In this document: in pieces, positions 52,487 through 64,000 of the stretch
Position numbering within the stretch: position 1 is the stretch's first letter
How the letters are laid out: the number at the start of each line of letters is the position of its first letter
Source: the human T2T-CHM13v2.0 reference genome, Homo sapiens
DNA: 64,000 nt
Assembly: GCF_009914755.1 (NCBI RefSeq)
Contig: NC_060947.1
Direction: 5' to 3' (one strand)
Notes under the pieces: generated by a model
Seen by the model: the letters and a program-made list of their open reading frames with translations, nothing else
Told to the model about the DNA's origin: nothing
Databases searched by the model: none
Made by a program: the position numbers and the translations under genes

Positions 52487-54718
52487 ACCACCCCTGTATC
52501 TTTGAAGTCCTTAATGTTGGTACTAATTTCTGCAGTCCCCTAGGAACATGGTATTGCTTTTGATATATGATTTTCCTAGGTAGAGGCAGTTCTATTGACT
52601 TCCACTTGGCCTTTCTCACCACAATAGCCCTCACTCCACAGGTCAGAGAACCAGTGTGGGATTCTGTCAGCTGCTGAGTATATCGATTTCAATTACACAA
52701 TTTAGAACTGGGGAAATAACCACAGCATGGGCTTGGGTATCCACTTGGTCCACTGTGAAATGGACATGACCTAAATTTCCATTGATTCTGTGACCTCCAT
52801 AAGCCACTATTCTGACATGATCACAGTGATATTTTGGGTCTCCTGGAGTAAATGTCAAAGCCCGTGTCCAGTAATTCCCAAAAGGTCTATATTTCCTTTT
52901 CCTCAATGCAGTTATTCTAGTTAAAGGCTGTAGGTCCCTATGGTGAAGGCTGAAAGATACAGTATAGATTTTAGATAGTTTTCTGAAGTTCTTAAGGAAG
53001 ACTCAGTCTCCCCTTCATTCAAGGTGTTATAGGTCTCTAAACTGGCTCAAGCCTGGAAATAGTTTTTTTAATAGAACATCAAATACCAAACTAAATTTAT
53101 TTTGCTAAGAGAAATTGATGAACTAAAAGAGAAATAAGTACAGTCTAAATTTTTAGATATATGGGGAAAAACCCTGAGATTACTAATTGTGTATCACAGT
53201 CCTCTTATGTATATCCTGAAAATGATGGTATCAATATAATACGTACAGTGGATTTACATTTTAAACTTGATCTATTACTTTTGAATATTTGTCTTACACT
53301 GAAAATAAATTCTGACATCTTCAGGAAACCAATATGAATAAGCTAAATATTGACTTAAAATAGTTAAACCCCTTAATAACTTCCTTCAAATAATTTCTAT
53401 TATTTCACTGCTTAAGTTCAGCATTTGAATAACAAAGGTAACATAAGTACTTAAGATCTCAAAGGCCCATTACATTCTATTAATAATGACAAAACAACAT
53501 ATTTACTGAAAATAGTCTTTTTTCTTTGCCTTCCAGTTTTACACTTTTTAAAAAACACAAAATTGGACAAGATCAAATAACTAGGTGGTAAAACACTGAC
53601 TTTAAAAAATTACATCTTTAAACCCATGAGAATCATAATTCTAAGTATGGCCATTGGGGGCAACTTATAAACCTTTGACCCTTTCTTAACACTATGTGAC
53701 TGATTTTTCACAAAGAAAACACAAATGCCATTAAGAAAGTGTATTTTTCCTTGACACACTCTGCAATCTTGGTTAACAGACTCTGAGGCTCCAAACATGT
53801 AAACAATTTATCCTGTATTATGAAAGAGCAAAGTTGTGATAGCAATATAATGAACAATAAAGTATAGCTTCTCCCAAGAAAGAGCTAAAGATTAAGAAGT
53901 GCTGCATTCTTGAAGTCGGTTCAGTTTTACCCAAGCTTATTTTAGGTAATCAAAACCTAGAGCAATTAGCTTAGGTAAAACTTAATTAAGGAATACTGAA
54001 AGCTAGATTTATTTGCTGCATTTATCTTCATTGTGGACAACACGATTAGAAATCCCGGAATCACAGATGAAAGCATAGTTTTTCCTGAGATTTGATACTA
54101 TGCTGGAACCCCACCCCCATCCCCTTGAAAACCAATATATCCCATTTCAGCCTTCATAGGTAGACTAATAAAAAAGTCTCATAATTCAGGCACACACTTT
54201 GGCCAAGTTTAGCTTTATCACATCTAAAAAAAATTCATGTATAAAACAAATATCAGTTCAAAAGTATAGATTACTTTTTAAGAAGAACCTGCAGTTTCTT
54301 TCTGCAGTTTATATTTCTATAAAAATAATTAAATCTGGTAGAAAGGAACCTGCCTGAAATTGAGGAGGCCGAGGCAGGCAGATCATTTGAGCTAAAGAGA
54401 CCAGCCTGCCTAATGTACATTAGGTACAGCTGTTCTCCAGGCAGCTTGTTTTACTGTTTAGACTGAGGTACTCAACACAGATTTCCTAATTCATGTTACT
54501 AAGAGGCACCCTTAAAGTGCTCCATTTCCATAGCTTGGTACTCCAAAAAACCATCCTGGTCCCACTGCCCTGTCCTTTCAAAGAAGCATAATGGCCAGCT
54601 ATTCTGGACGAAGAGAGAGATCTTTGGAGATTTTTTCTTCTAGAAGATTAAGAAATCTTTAAGACTTATAGGTTCAGACTCATTACAGCAGTCTAGATTG
54701 CTTCAAAATATGAAATGA

Positions 54719-55388
<670 letters not shown>

Positions 55389-55392
<4 letters not shown>

Positions 55393-55821
55393 ATTGAACA
55401 AAGGGGGGCGAACGCAGGAATAAAAGACAAGAGGCAAAAGAGTATATTTGGAAGAAGGGGTCAGGGGGAACCTTGCCTCTAGTGGACAAGGGCCCTGGTT
55501 TACACAGCCCTCCATATTTATTAGGCAAAAGAGATAGCGAAAAAGCGGGGTTGGGGGCGGTGATTGTCGGGTAATTGTCAGTCAGCTGTTTGGTTCACAG
55601 CAGGCTTTGAACTACATGCTTTGAACAATAGGCGCTAATTTTCTCCGTAGATAACTTCAAGGAGCCATCAGGGAATGATGTCCCTCAGCAAACGTTTTGG
55701 TGGCAGGACAATGTGAGTTTGCCCACATCCTGCATTCATGATAAACAGTTTGCTGTTTGATCATATAGCCTCCAGCGAAATGCTGAGCTGGTCACGTCCC
55801 ACGGGCCTTCGGCTCCCTGCA
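55389..55821 (-). repeat. LTR3 3' LTR, terminal 13 nt or so of U5 missing
   Basis: Aligns to 59672-60103; lacks the TGCCGCTGACCTA end. Confidence 0.9.
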
Positions 55822-58800
55822 TATCCCCCTTTTTGTTTTATGTATTAATTGAAAGAATGTAAGTCCAGGCTGGGCAGCTCTTACTATCCAATTGGTGGTC
55901 CATCGAATTTTACAGAAAATGTAGCATTAGAGCTGTGTCGTGACTCCTATCGGCCCTCTCTCCATCTTTGCACTCAGGCTCAGCTGGCTCATGGCTCGTA
56001 CCGGAGGGACCGGGCTCATGGTTGGCCACCATAGGTTCCTCCAGTCTCCCGTTCCATGGTCGCACGCACAGTTTGTCCATCTCCTGTAAACACACAAGCA
56101 TACCATCTTCCCCATATCAGTAAGTCCACCACACCTTTCCATTGTCCTTCTTTTGGGGATTTCCATAACACTTTCGGATAAACTTTCCTCTTTTCCTCTA
56201 ACGCTTGCCAGTGTCTTTTTGCTGGAGTCTTAACCATTCATACCAGGAGTCAAAAAATTTACAGTAAATAAGGCTAAATGTAGTTTTGATTGAGGTGGTA
56301 GTTGGCCTCGTATACCCCCTTTTGTCTTTTCAACATGTGTTGTAATGTTTGATGTGCCTGCTCTATAATGCCTTGTCCTCTAGGATTATAAGGAATTCCT
56401 GTTTTATGGGTTATAGCCCAAAGCTGTAAGAAATTTTGAAAAGCATGACGAGTATAAGCGGGTCCACTGTTAGTTTTTAATTGTTTAGGTATCCCCATAT
56501 GAGCAAATGATGACAGACAATGTTGCTGTACATGACCAGCTGTCTCACCTATTTGGCATGTAGCATGCAGCATATGAGAATAAGTGTCTATAGTCACATG
56601 AACATAGCTAAGCTTGCTAAAGGTTGCTATGTGTGTAACATCCATTTGCCAAATTTCATTTGGAGCCAAACCTCATGGGTTACAGCCTTCTACAGGTGTG
56701 GCTCCAGGGACATGCTGGCAAATAGGACAGGCTTGTATTATAGCCCTAGCTTGTCGGCAAGATAAATGGAACATGCGAGTAAGGGCGGAAGTATTTTGGT
56801 ACAGAAGTGCATGAGACACTTGAGCTTGCTGAAACACAGAACCAATTAGTTTTTCTGCTTTCTCATTACTTAGAGATAGTGGCCCAGGAAGTTGTGTATG
56901 AGAGCGAATATGAGAAACATGAAAAGGAGCTGTATGAGCGCAAATAACTTATTGAAGTCTTAAAAATAAATTAAGCAGTTCTGGGTCTAGTGTACTTTTA
57001 ATTGTAGCAGTTTTTATGCAACTGGCTACATTTATAACCCAAGCTGAATCACAGTGTTGATAGGATCTGAAGCTATGAGCTGTAAAACCTGAATGACTGC
57101 AATTAGCTTTAAGCTTTGAGCTGAAACCCCAGAGGTCATTATTGTTTTTGGACCTTTTTGGAATAACAAATACCGGTGAATTTCAGGGGATAACTGACTT
57201 TTCTATATGTTCTGCATTTAATTGCTCTTTTACCAACAGATGAAGTTGATCTAGCTTCTTATGTGTTAGGGGCCATTGATCCACCCACACAGGTTTGTCA
57301 CTAAGCGATTCTAATGGTAAGGCAGTGGGTGGAGGAGAAATATCATGACCCCCGTCAGAAATCCTGACGTTCTAGCCCTTCTTTATTTGTTTTTCCAGTT
57401 ACTGATATCAGGTTAGGATTTCATTGTAGAAATTTTCTTAAACCTTTTTCCCTTTGATATCCCATGTCTTTCAACATTTTAAATCCTGGATTATTAAAGT
57501 TTTCATTTGTATGTCTCATATCCCATGCTGTAAGTCTCGACCCCATAAATTGATAGCTATATTTGCAACATAAGGCTGAAAAGTATATGACTGTCCATCC
57601 GGACCAATACAAGATAAAATCTCAGCGCTTTGTTGAACACTTTGAGCTGTTTACTCCCACTAGGGACGTAGAAGTTAATTGTAAGGGCCAGGATAGGGGC
57701 CAGTTGTCTTTAGATATTACTGATACATCAGCTCTCGTATTCATAAGCCCATAAAATTTCTTTTCTTTAATTTGTACTACACAGGTGGGTCTATTAGAGG
57801 CAATGGGTCAGGATAGATCGATTTCCCATATAGTTGTGCTCCCAAACCCTTTATTTCCTCGTTTCTCCTTTTGTTGAGAAGGGTGTAATTTGCAGGGAAT
57901 AAGCAATAATTGAGAAATATATTCTCCTGGTTCAAAACCCCAAAGATTTTGTGACATTAAAACTACTTGAATTTCTACTTCATAATAGGAGTCAGTCACT
58001 TCTGGGACTATAGTGATGCCTTGCAAATTAAGACGGCTTTTGCCTAAAATTAGTCCCATGTATCCTGTTGGTAAAGGTCCCCAAATACCAGTGGTAACTT
58101 TGATAGGTTTGTCTCCACCAACTAACATGATTTTTTCTCTGGTGGGTAGATTTAATTCTGCACTTCCTGGTGTTTCTGGGGTGAGGGAATCAATGGGCCT
58201 CCGGGAACCCATCCCTGAAACGGGGTTGAGGTCTGTACTGGGAAGGCCCTCATTGTTTGTGGGGCCCGGGTTCAGGCCCCCGTCTCACTTCCCGGCAGGG
58301 GGGTGCCATTTTGATGAAATTTTGAGCAGCACTGATTAGTCCAGTGATTTCCTTTGTTACAGCAAGGACAAAGTCCTGGCGTTTTTTCCGCTGGAGTCTG
58401 TTGGGGGGGCGGTGGACAGCATTGTAAGGTCCTTTCTGTCCTGAGATCTGGCAGCATTGCTTTTTAAAATGTCCAGTTTTTCCACAATTATAACATTTTC
58501 CCATTTTAGGGTTTGACCCTTGGCTTCTTTTAGATTTGTCAACTGCTAAATTAGCCATTGCTTGCGCTAACATTGCAGAGCGATGAAGCTCAGTTCCTAC
58601 ATCCTGACAAGCTCTTGAGAAAATTTCCCAAGTTTTTTGTACACCTCACCGGTGCCAGTGCACATTTGCATTCCCAAAAGCTAGAGTTAAGGTTTTTGCC
58701 AATTTAAATTCCATGTCAGATATACACTCACAGACAAGCAAGTTCGCACCAAGTGTTTCACATCAAAGGGCAAAAAATGCATAGCACCAAACACAGATTC

Positions 58801-59635
58801 TAGCAATCCTAAGGTGAATGGGCTTTGTACGCCATTATTTACCACACTCAGTTTTAATTCCTTTAACAACTTAAACTCTAGTGTGTGTTCATGAATAACC
58901 TGCTGTGGATTATTTGGATCAGGCCTTACAGAAATAGGAAAAGCGCAAGGTCCTAAGGGCTCTCCAGCTATGGCAGCAGAGTGTAAAATTCTTTGTATTG
59001 GGGTTTGTATTTCTGCTACTGAAGGAGGTGGTACAGATGTTTCTGCAATTGGAGGAAGTGGTATAGGCCAATTTTTATCTCCCTCTCCTGTTTTTTATTT
59101 TCAGTTGGAGCTGTGGGTGGGACAACAGATTCTTTCAGATTTTTAGACTTAGCCTGCTGTCCAGCAGAATAATGAGGAGATAATGGCACAAGTACAGTAT
59201 GAACTAAACTCCAAGTGGAGAAAACAGAAGAATCAACTTTAAGACCTTTTGGATGAGCCTGTTTTAATCCTTCTCCTGCCCTATCCCAATTTTCCACATC
59301 GAGAGTGCCTGCCTGTGGAAACCGTGGGTTATGTGTAATAACCTTTTGTGGCTTCTGCAGGAGGTTAGTGTCTGCGAATTAACCTGAGCTCTAGATTGTC
59401 TCAGCAGAACTTTAAGCAACTGCACATAATGTTTTTCTTTAATAGACGAATTCTTCCCCTTGTTACCCTGATTCAGAAAACTTCCCGTTCCCAGTACTTC
59501 TTTAAAGCACTGCTCCCATTACCTCTTTAGGGCACCGACCTTATATCCACTGCCGGCAGACTCGTCCTGGGGTCCCCGTTTGCCTTGTCAAATTCAGTTC
59601 CTCTGCTCCAGCAGACCTTCGTTCACGTCCTCGAA

Positions 59636-59655
59636 GTCCCTGTTCTGGGGCGCCA
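59636..59655 (-). promoter_or_regulatory. Primer binding site, tRNA-Lys
   Basis: Minus TGGCGCCCCAGAACAGGGAC versus canonical TGGCGCCCGAACAGGGAC (2-nt insertion). Confidence 0.9.
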
Positions 59656-59658
59656 CTA

Positions 59659-60103
59659 TGCCGCTGACCTATTGGACTGAACAAAGGGGGGCAAACACGG
59701 GAATAAGACAAGAGACAAAAGAGTATATTTGGAAGAAGGGGTCCGGGGTACCTTGCCTCTAGTGGACAAGGGCTCTGAGCTTTACACAACCCTCTGTATT
59801 TATTAGGCAAAAGAGATAGCGAGAAATGGGGGTGGGGGGGTGATTTTCAGGTAATTGTCCATCGGCTGTTTGGTTCACAGCAGGCTTTCAAGACTGCATC
59901 CTTTGAACAATAGGCGCTGATTTTCTCAGTAGGTAACTTCAAGGAGCCCAACGCCGGGGAGTGATGTCCCTCAGCAAACCTTTTGGTGGCAGGGCAGTGT
60001 GAGTTTGCCCACATCCTGCATTCATGATAAACTGTTTTTTGATCATATAGCCTCCAGCAGAATGCTGAGTTGGTCACATCCCACAGGCCTTCGGCTCCCT
60101 GCA
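59659..60103 (-). repeat. LTR3 5' LTR, complete TG...CA
   Basis: Minus start TGCAGGGAGCCGAAGGCC, end CAGCGGCA, followed by the PBS. Confidence 0.92.
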
Positions 60104-60444
60104 ATTGTATACCTTAAATTTCTGTATCACTAAGATGCCAATGTTTTAGTGAAAAAGAAAATAGAGTGTAAAATTCAATATCACCTATTTGTCTCAACTA
60201 CAAGTACAGTGAGTATTAAACAACAATGACAATATAGAAACAAAAACAGAACTTGTAGATTTGCCCAAATTAACTCTCTTTCTCCAAATTTGAGGTGTAT
60301 GGCAAGTTGAATGTTTGTTCTTTCAGCAATTGTTAGTTGCATTATCAGCTTAACACTTTCAAACAGTGCAGGAGGCATTTCTCCGTTCACATAGACTTAA
60401 GTACATATATACTGGGCTGTAAATAGTTTGCCTTCCATGTTTGG
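60104..60444. repeat. 341-bp direct repeat, copy 2
   Basis: Gap-free alignment to 55052-55392. Confidence 0.95.
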
Positions 60445-60854
60445 TCTCTAAGCACTAAATAGGTAGACTTCAAATCAGTCTATGTGACCCAGTGGCCCTC
60501 TCTTCAGAGGCATCAGTAATGCATTTGGCAAATGTCTTGAAACATGAATTGTAAATTGACATAGGTACAACCTTGATAATAAGAGTCCCAAATACGTAGT
60601 TTTTAAAATGTTAACCTTAGGGGGAAAAAATTATAATGATCATCAGCCCTATTTCCTGAAAATTCAGTTGAGGTAACCTCTGCAAGTCACAGCTCCACAT
60701 TTACATACAGTTCTGACCCTCTTTTTGGCTGGGCTGTGGTCAATAGAATCTGAAGATACATCTCCAGAACCTTTCATTTGATAATCAAAAGTCAGCTCTT
60801 CTCCAGCATTTTTGGTTCTCGTGGAAAACATTGCTATTCAGGGAAGACGAGTAT

Positions 60855-60987
60855 TGTTGTAGGAGTTATTAAGAAATTATTTTAGGCAGATAGAGAGGAA
60901 AAGGGGTCCTTGGGAAGTTTTCATTTTTTAAAGCATCTCCGGAAAAGTTTCTTGTAAAGCCCCAGCTCTTAGAGCCAGGCTGTGAAC
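60855..60987 (+). mobile_element. ERV1 LTR 5' part (LTR25-like), truncated
   Basis: TGTTGTAGGAGTTATTAAGAAATTATTTTAGGCAGATAGAGAGGAAAAGGGGTCC cuts the SUV39H2 coding remnant. Confidence 0.7.
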
Positions 60988-61121
60988 CTGACTCCTCCCA
61001 AAGTTGGTTCAGCCTACGCCCAGTGATTGGCAAGGACAGCTTGTGAGCTGGAAACAAAATGAAGTTGTTTGGGTTGGATCTTTTTCACTGTCTCAGTCAC
61101 AATTTTGCAATGACAGTTTCA
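60988..61121 (-). mobile_element. LTR8 5' fragment, antisense
   Basis: Minus TGAAACTGTCATTGCAAAATTGTGACTGAGACAGTGAAA..GGGCGTAGGCTGAACCAACTTTGGGAGG. Confidence 0.8.
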
Positions 61122-64000
61122 AAAGCTACCTATCACTGCTTTGAAAATACCTTGTACACTGGCGGTTAAGTCATAACCTAATTAAGGCTCGTTGGTTTCA
61201 CCTGTGAGGTTACTCTTTGTAACGTTCAAAAGCCAAAAATCTTAACTGCTTGGCGTGGCTGAAGTCAAGTAACAAGGGATTTAAAAAGAATTTCTTAAAG
61301 AGCGCTCAGCTTAATTAAAAGTGAATATTCAAGTTTTAGGTATATTTAAAAGGCCTTTATGTTTTTCTTTTCTTGGATCTTGTTTTCTGGAAAAAGGTTC
61401 TTCTCAGTCGGCTGAATTATTTTCTTCCATTTTTTTTTTTTTTTTGTCTTGCCACTCTTAGTGCATGCATGAAAGGCCCTGAGATAACTTCTGGTAGCAT
61501 GGGACTCCTTGGGAAAAATAGAGGAGGTGCCACAGACCCTGTTTTGGGGAAAAACCTGTTTTCCTCATGAAACCCCAGAAATTAAAAGCAAATAGTTCCC
61601 TCTCAAAATCAAAGGCTCTGTTCTGTTTTGCATTATCTGATGGTTTTGAGTTTTGCGGTATCAGAAATTACTCCGCATTGTAAGAGAGCTTTGGTGTATA
61701 ATAACTAGGTAAAAAATACCCTGTAAGGGGTGGCTAATAATAGTTATAAATCAGAAAAGCATGCTCTTGGCCACCTGAAAAATAAGGAAACATCCCCACC
61801 CCACACTGGGAGATGAGACTCCCATCAGAGATGGGCTAATTACAAAATAAGCCAGTTGGCTTTGGGTTGCCTTGCAATGAAATGCATGGTAGAAGCACTA
61901 TACTGTCTTCTCCTCTAGTATCTATATGGTCTTTTCATAAATTAAGCATTGAAATAAAAGCATAGCAAGGAGGTCTTAAAACACTACTCTGCCTTTTAGT
62001 AAAAGGGTTATAAAAAGTTTGTAGAAATTTCACTTCATGGTCAAGTTGGTTAGGATTAGATGGAATAATCTATAAGGTTTTATTTAAACAAATTAGGGTT
62101 AACATTAACAAACTAATACAAGGGTAAAATTTGGTTTTAAACAGGATTTCCATGTCATAGTAAAGGCTAATAAAAGGTTTTTGACTTTTAAGTCATCATT
62201 TGGGCAAAATAATCTATGGCAATCTGGGAACTGTCCTTCCTAATTGGCTTTTTGGATGGTTCATAGGGCCCCTGAAACATTTAAAAAAGAGATAAACAGG
62301 ATTATTTGACATGTTTAGTCACATGAGATTGCCAAAATGATGTCCAATCTTCTTTAAGTTATATTTTGGTGAATAATACTAATATATGTTCAAAAATTGT
62401 ATGGGATTTCTAAAATTCTAATGTCTAAGTATATGCTCTCAGTCATAATTAAAGGTAAAGTTATCGTAGACCATGGATATACACAAACTTCTTTGTCAGT
62501 CATGTTTTTAATTGTAACTACCCAGGAAATGTTGCCATTCGCAGACAAGTGTTTTGTTCCTTCTCAAAAGACGGTTTGTAATCAAGCTATATTAAGAACT
62601 TTAACAGGTGTTCTCAAATGCAGGTTTTAATAGCTTTACAGATTGTAACATTGGAACAGAGAAAGAACATAGAAAACTTTTAAAGAACTGACATGTTCAC
62701 AAATATCAAGCAAAACAAGAGTTAACTAAATGAGTTGCACTCAGAAAGTTAAAGCAAGTCTTTTATCTTTTGCTTGGAATACTGCTGATCCTTGTTTTGT
62801 TTTTCAGAGTCAAGGAGAAACTTATTTTAAACTATTTATGGCCTTTAATAATTGAGTAAGGTATATTCCTATGAACAAAATTTAGAGCATGTTTATTTCT
62901 CTGCCTGGTTCCTCTGGAATTTGGGAACTATCTGTGAATACTCTTAACTTATGGCAATATAGTTGTTTGCATCGGTGCAATAAGAATCCATTTTTCTTTG
63001 TCAGCGGGACACAATTGGAAAAACTGGTTATTTTACCAAGGCTTTAACTGAAAGGGTGTGTTTCTCTTTAAGGAATCAAGCTTGACATGCAGAGCCAATA
63101 AAAGCCCCTTGGGGAGAACTGGCCTCATACCTTGTCTACACAGTCCCTGCACAGGGTTCCTAACCTGTGGTTAGTAAAGAATATCACTTTCTAACAGGTC
63201 TGGAAGCTCCGAGTTTATCTTGGGAACTCAAGAGGAGAGGATCACCCAGTTCACAGGTATTTGAGGATACAAACCCATTGCTGGGCTCGGCTTTAAAAGT
63301 CTTATCTGAAATTCCTTGTGAAACAGAGTTTCATCAAAGCCAATCCAAAAGGCCTATGTAAAAATAACCATTCTTGCTGCACTTTATGCAAATAATCAGG
63401 CCAAATATAAGACTACAGTTTATTTACAATTTGTTTTTACCAAAAATGAGGACTAGAGAGAAAAATGGTGCTCCAAAGCTTATCATACATTTGTCATTAA
63501 GTCCTAGTCTCATTAATTGTTTTCAAGCTTTTCGCCTACATTTTAGACTAACCCTGCTTATTCCTGTGAATCAAGTAGTGATCTCCTGCAGCTTGGAAGA
63601 AAAAATAAGGGATGGGTAATGTAAAAATCTGGATCAATATACTGGTTCTGGGCAATTATCCTGCAAATTCTGCCAGGTAATAAAAGTGAGTAGGGTGCCC
63701 ATAATCCGGAAGTTTCTTTGTTTAGGAAAATAAAAACAAGGAACTTCATAGACCCCCCCAAAGGGGAATTCTATATCTTGACAAGTAAAATTTTAGATGG
63801 AAATTATCTACAACACCACACTTACGGAAATTGCTATCCTCACTCTATTATTTGCAAAAGGGTTATACACAGTAGCACCTTCTAACTGAAGTATTAAACA
63901 GAGTTTCCATTGCTGTCGTATTTTGCTTAATTATTATCCTTATAGCAGGGATAATAGTTACTAACAAAAAGGAAGCATGAAAGTTTTACTATCACTGAGC
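61122..64000 (+). mobile_element. MER4-group non-autonomous ERV1 internal sequence, runs off the window
   Basis: AT-rich MER4-int-type motifs (CAGCTTAATTAAAAGTG, GGAATCAAGCTTGAC, GAGCCAATAAAAGCCCCTTGGGG, GGCCTCATACCTTGTCTACAC); no coding frames. Confidence 0.75.

Noticed and set aside
56274-56669. 131-aa integrase core ORF as an exapted gene
   Set aside because: Second catalytic Asp reads N (KTNSG), TTG start, frameshift before the C-terminal domain

Overview
Primate (almost certainly human) genomic DNA, mostly interspersed repeats: about 55 Alus, several layers of nested L1s, L2, MIR, a hAT MITE and five LTR/ERV families. The only credible protein-coding unit is a 76-aa hydrophobic ORF (20519-20749, +). 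From memory it matches the KANTR microprotein, which with the gamma-actin retrocopy suggests the Xp11.22 TSPYL2-KANTR-KDM5C interval. The ORF reads antisense through an unusually well preserved piece of ancient L1ME ORF2. It lies just downstream of a decayed copy of INTS15/C7orf26 exon 1 that runs into non-exon-2 sequence. Other retrocopies: RPL27 (3' end lost, palindromic junction), U7 snRNA, ACTG1 (full length, TSD, duplicated C-terminus) and SUV39H2 (C-terminus plus 3'UTR). The right half holds an L1PA4-like element lacking its RT domain and an ERVL provirus (MLT2B) with four levels of nesting. Inside it is an HML-6 (LTR3) provirus with one clipped end and a 341-bp flanking duplication instead of the usual 6 bp. 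Family, gene and locus names come from recall of consensus sequences, not database searches; repeat boundaries are approximate.
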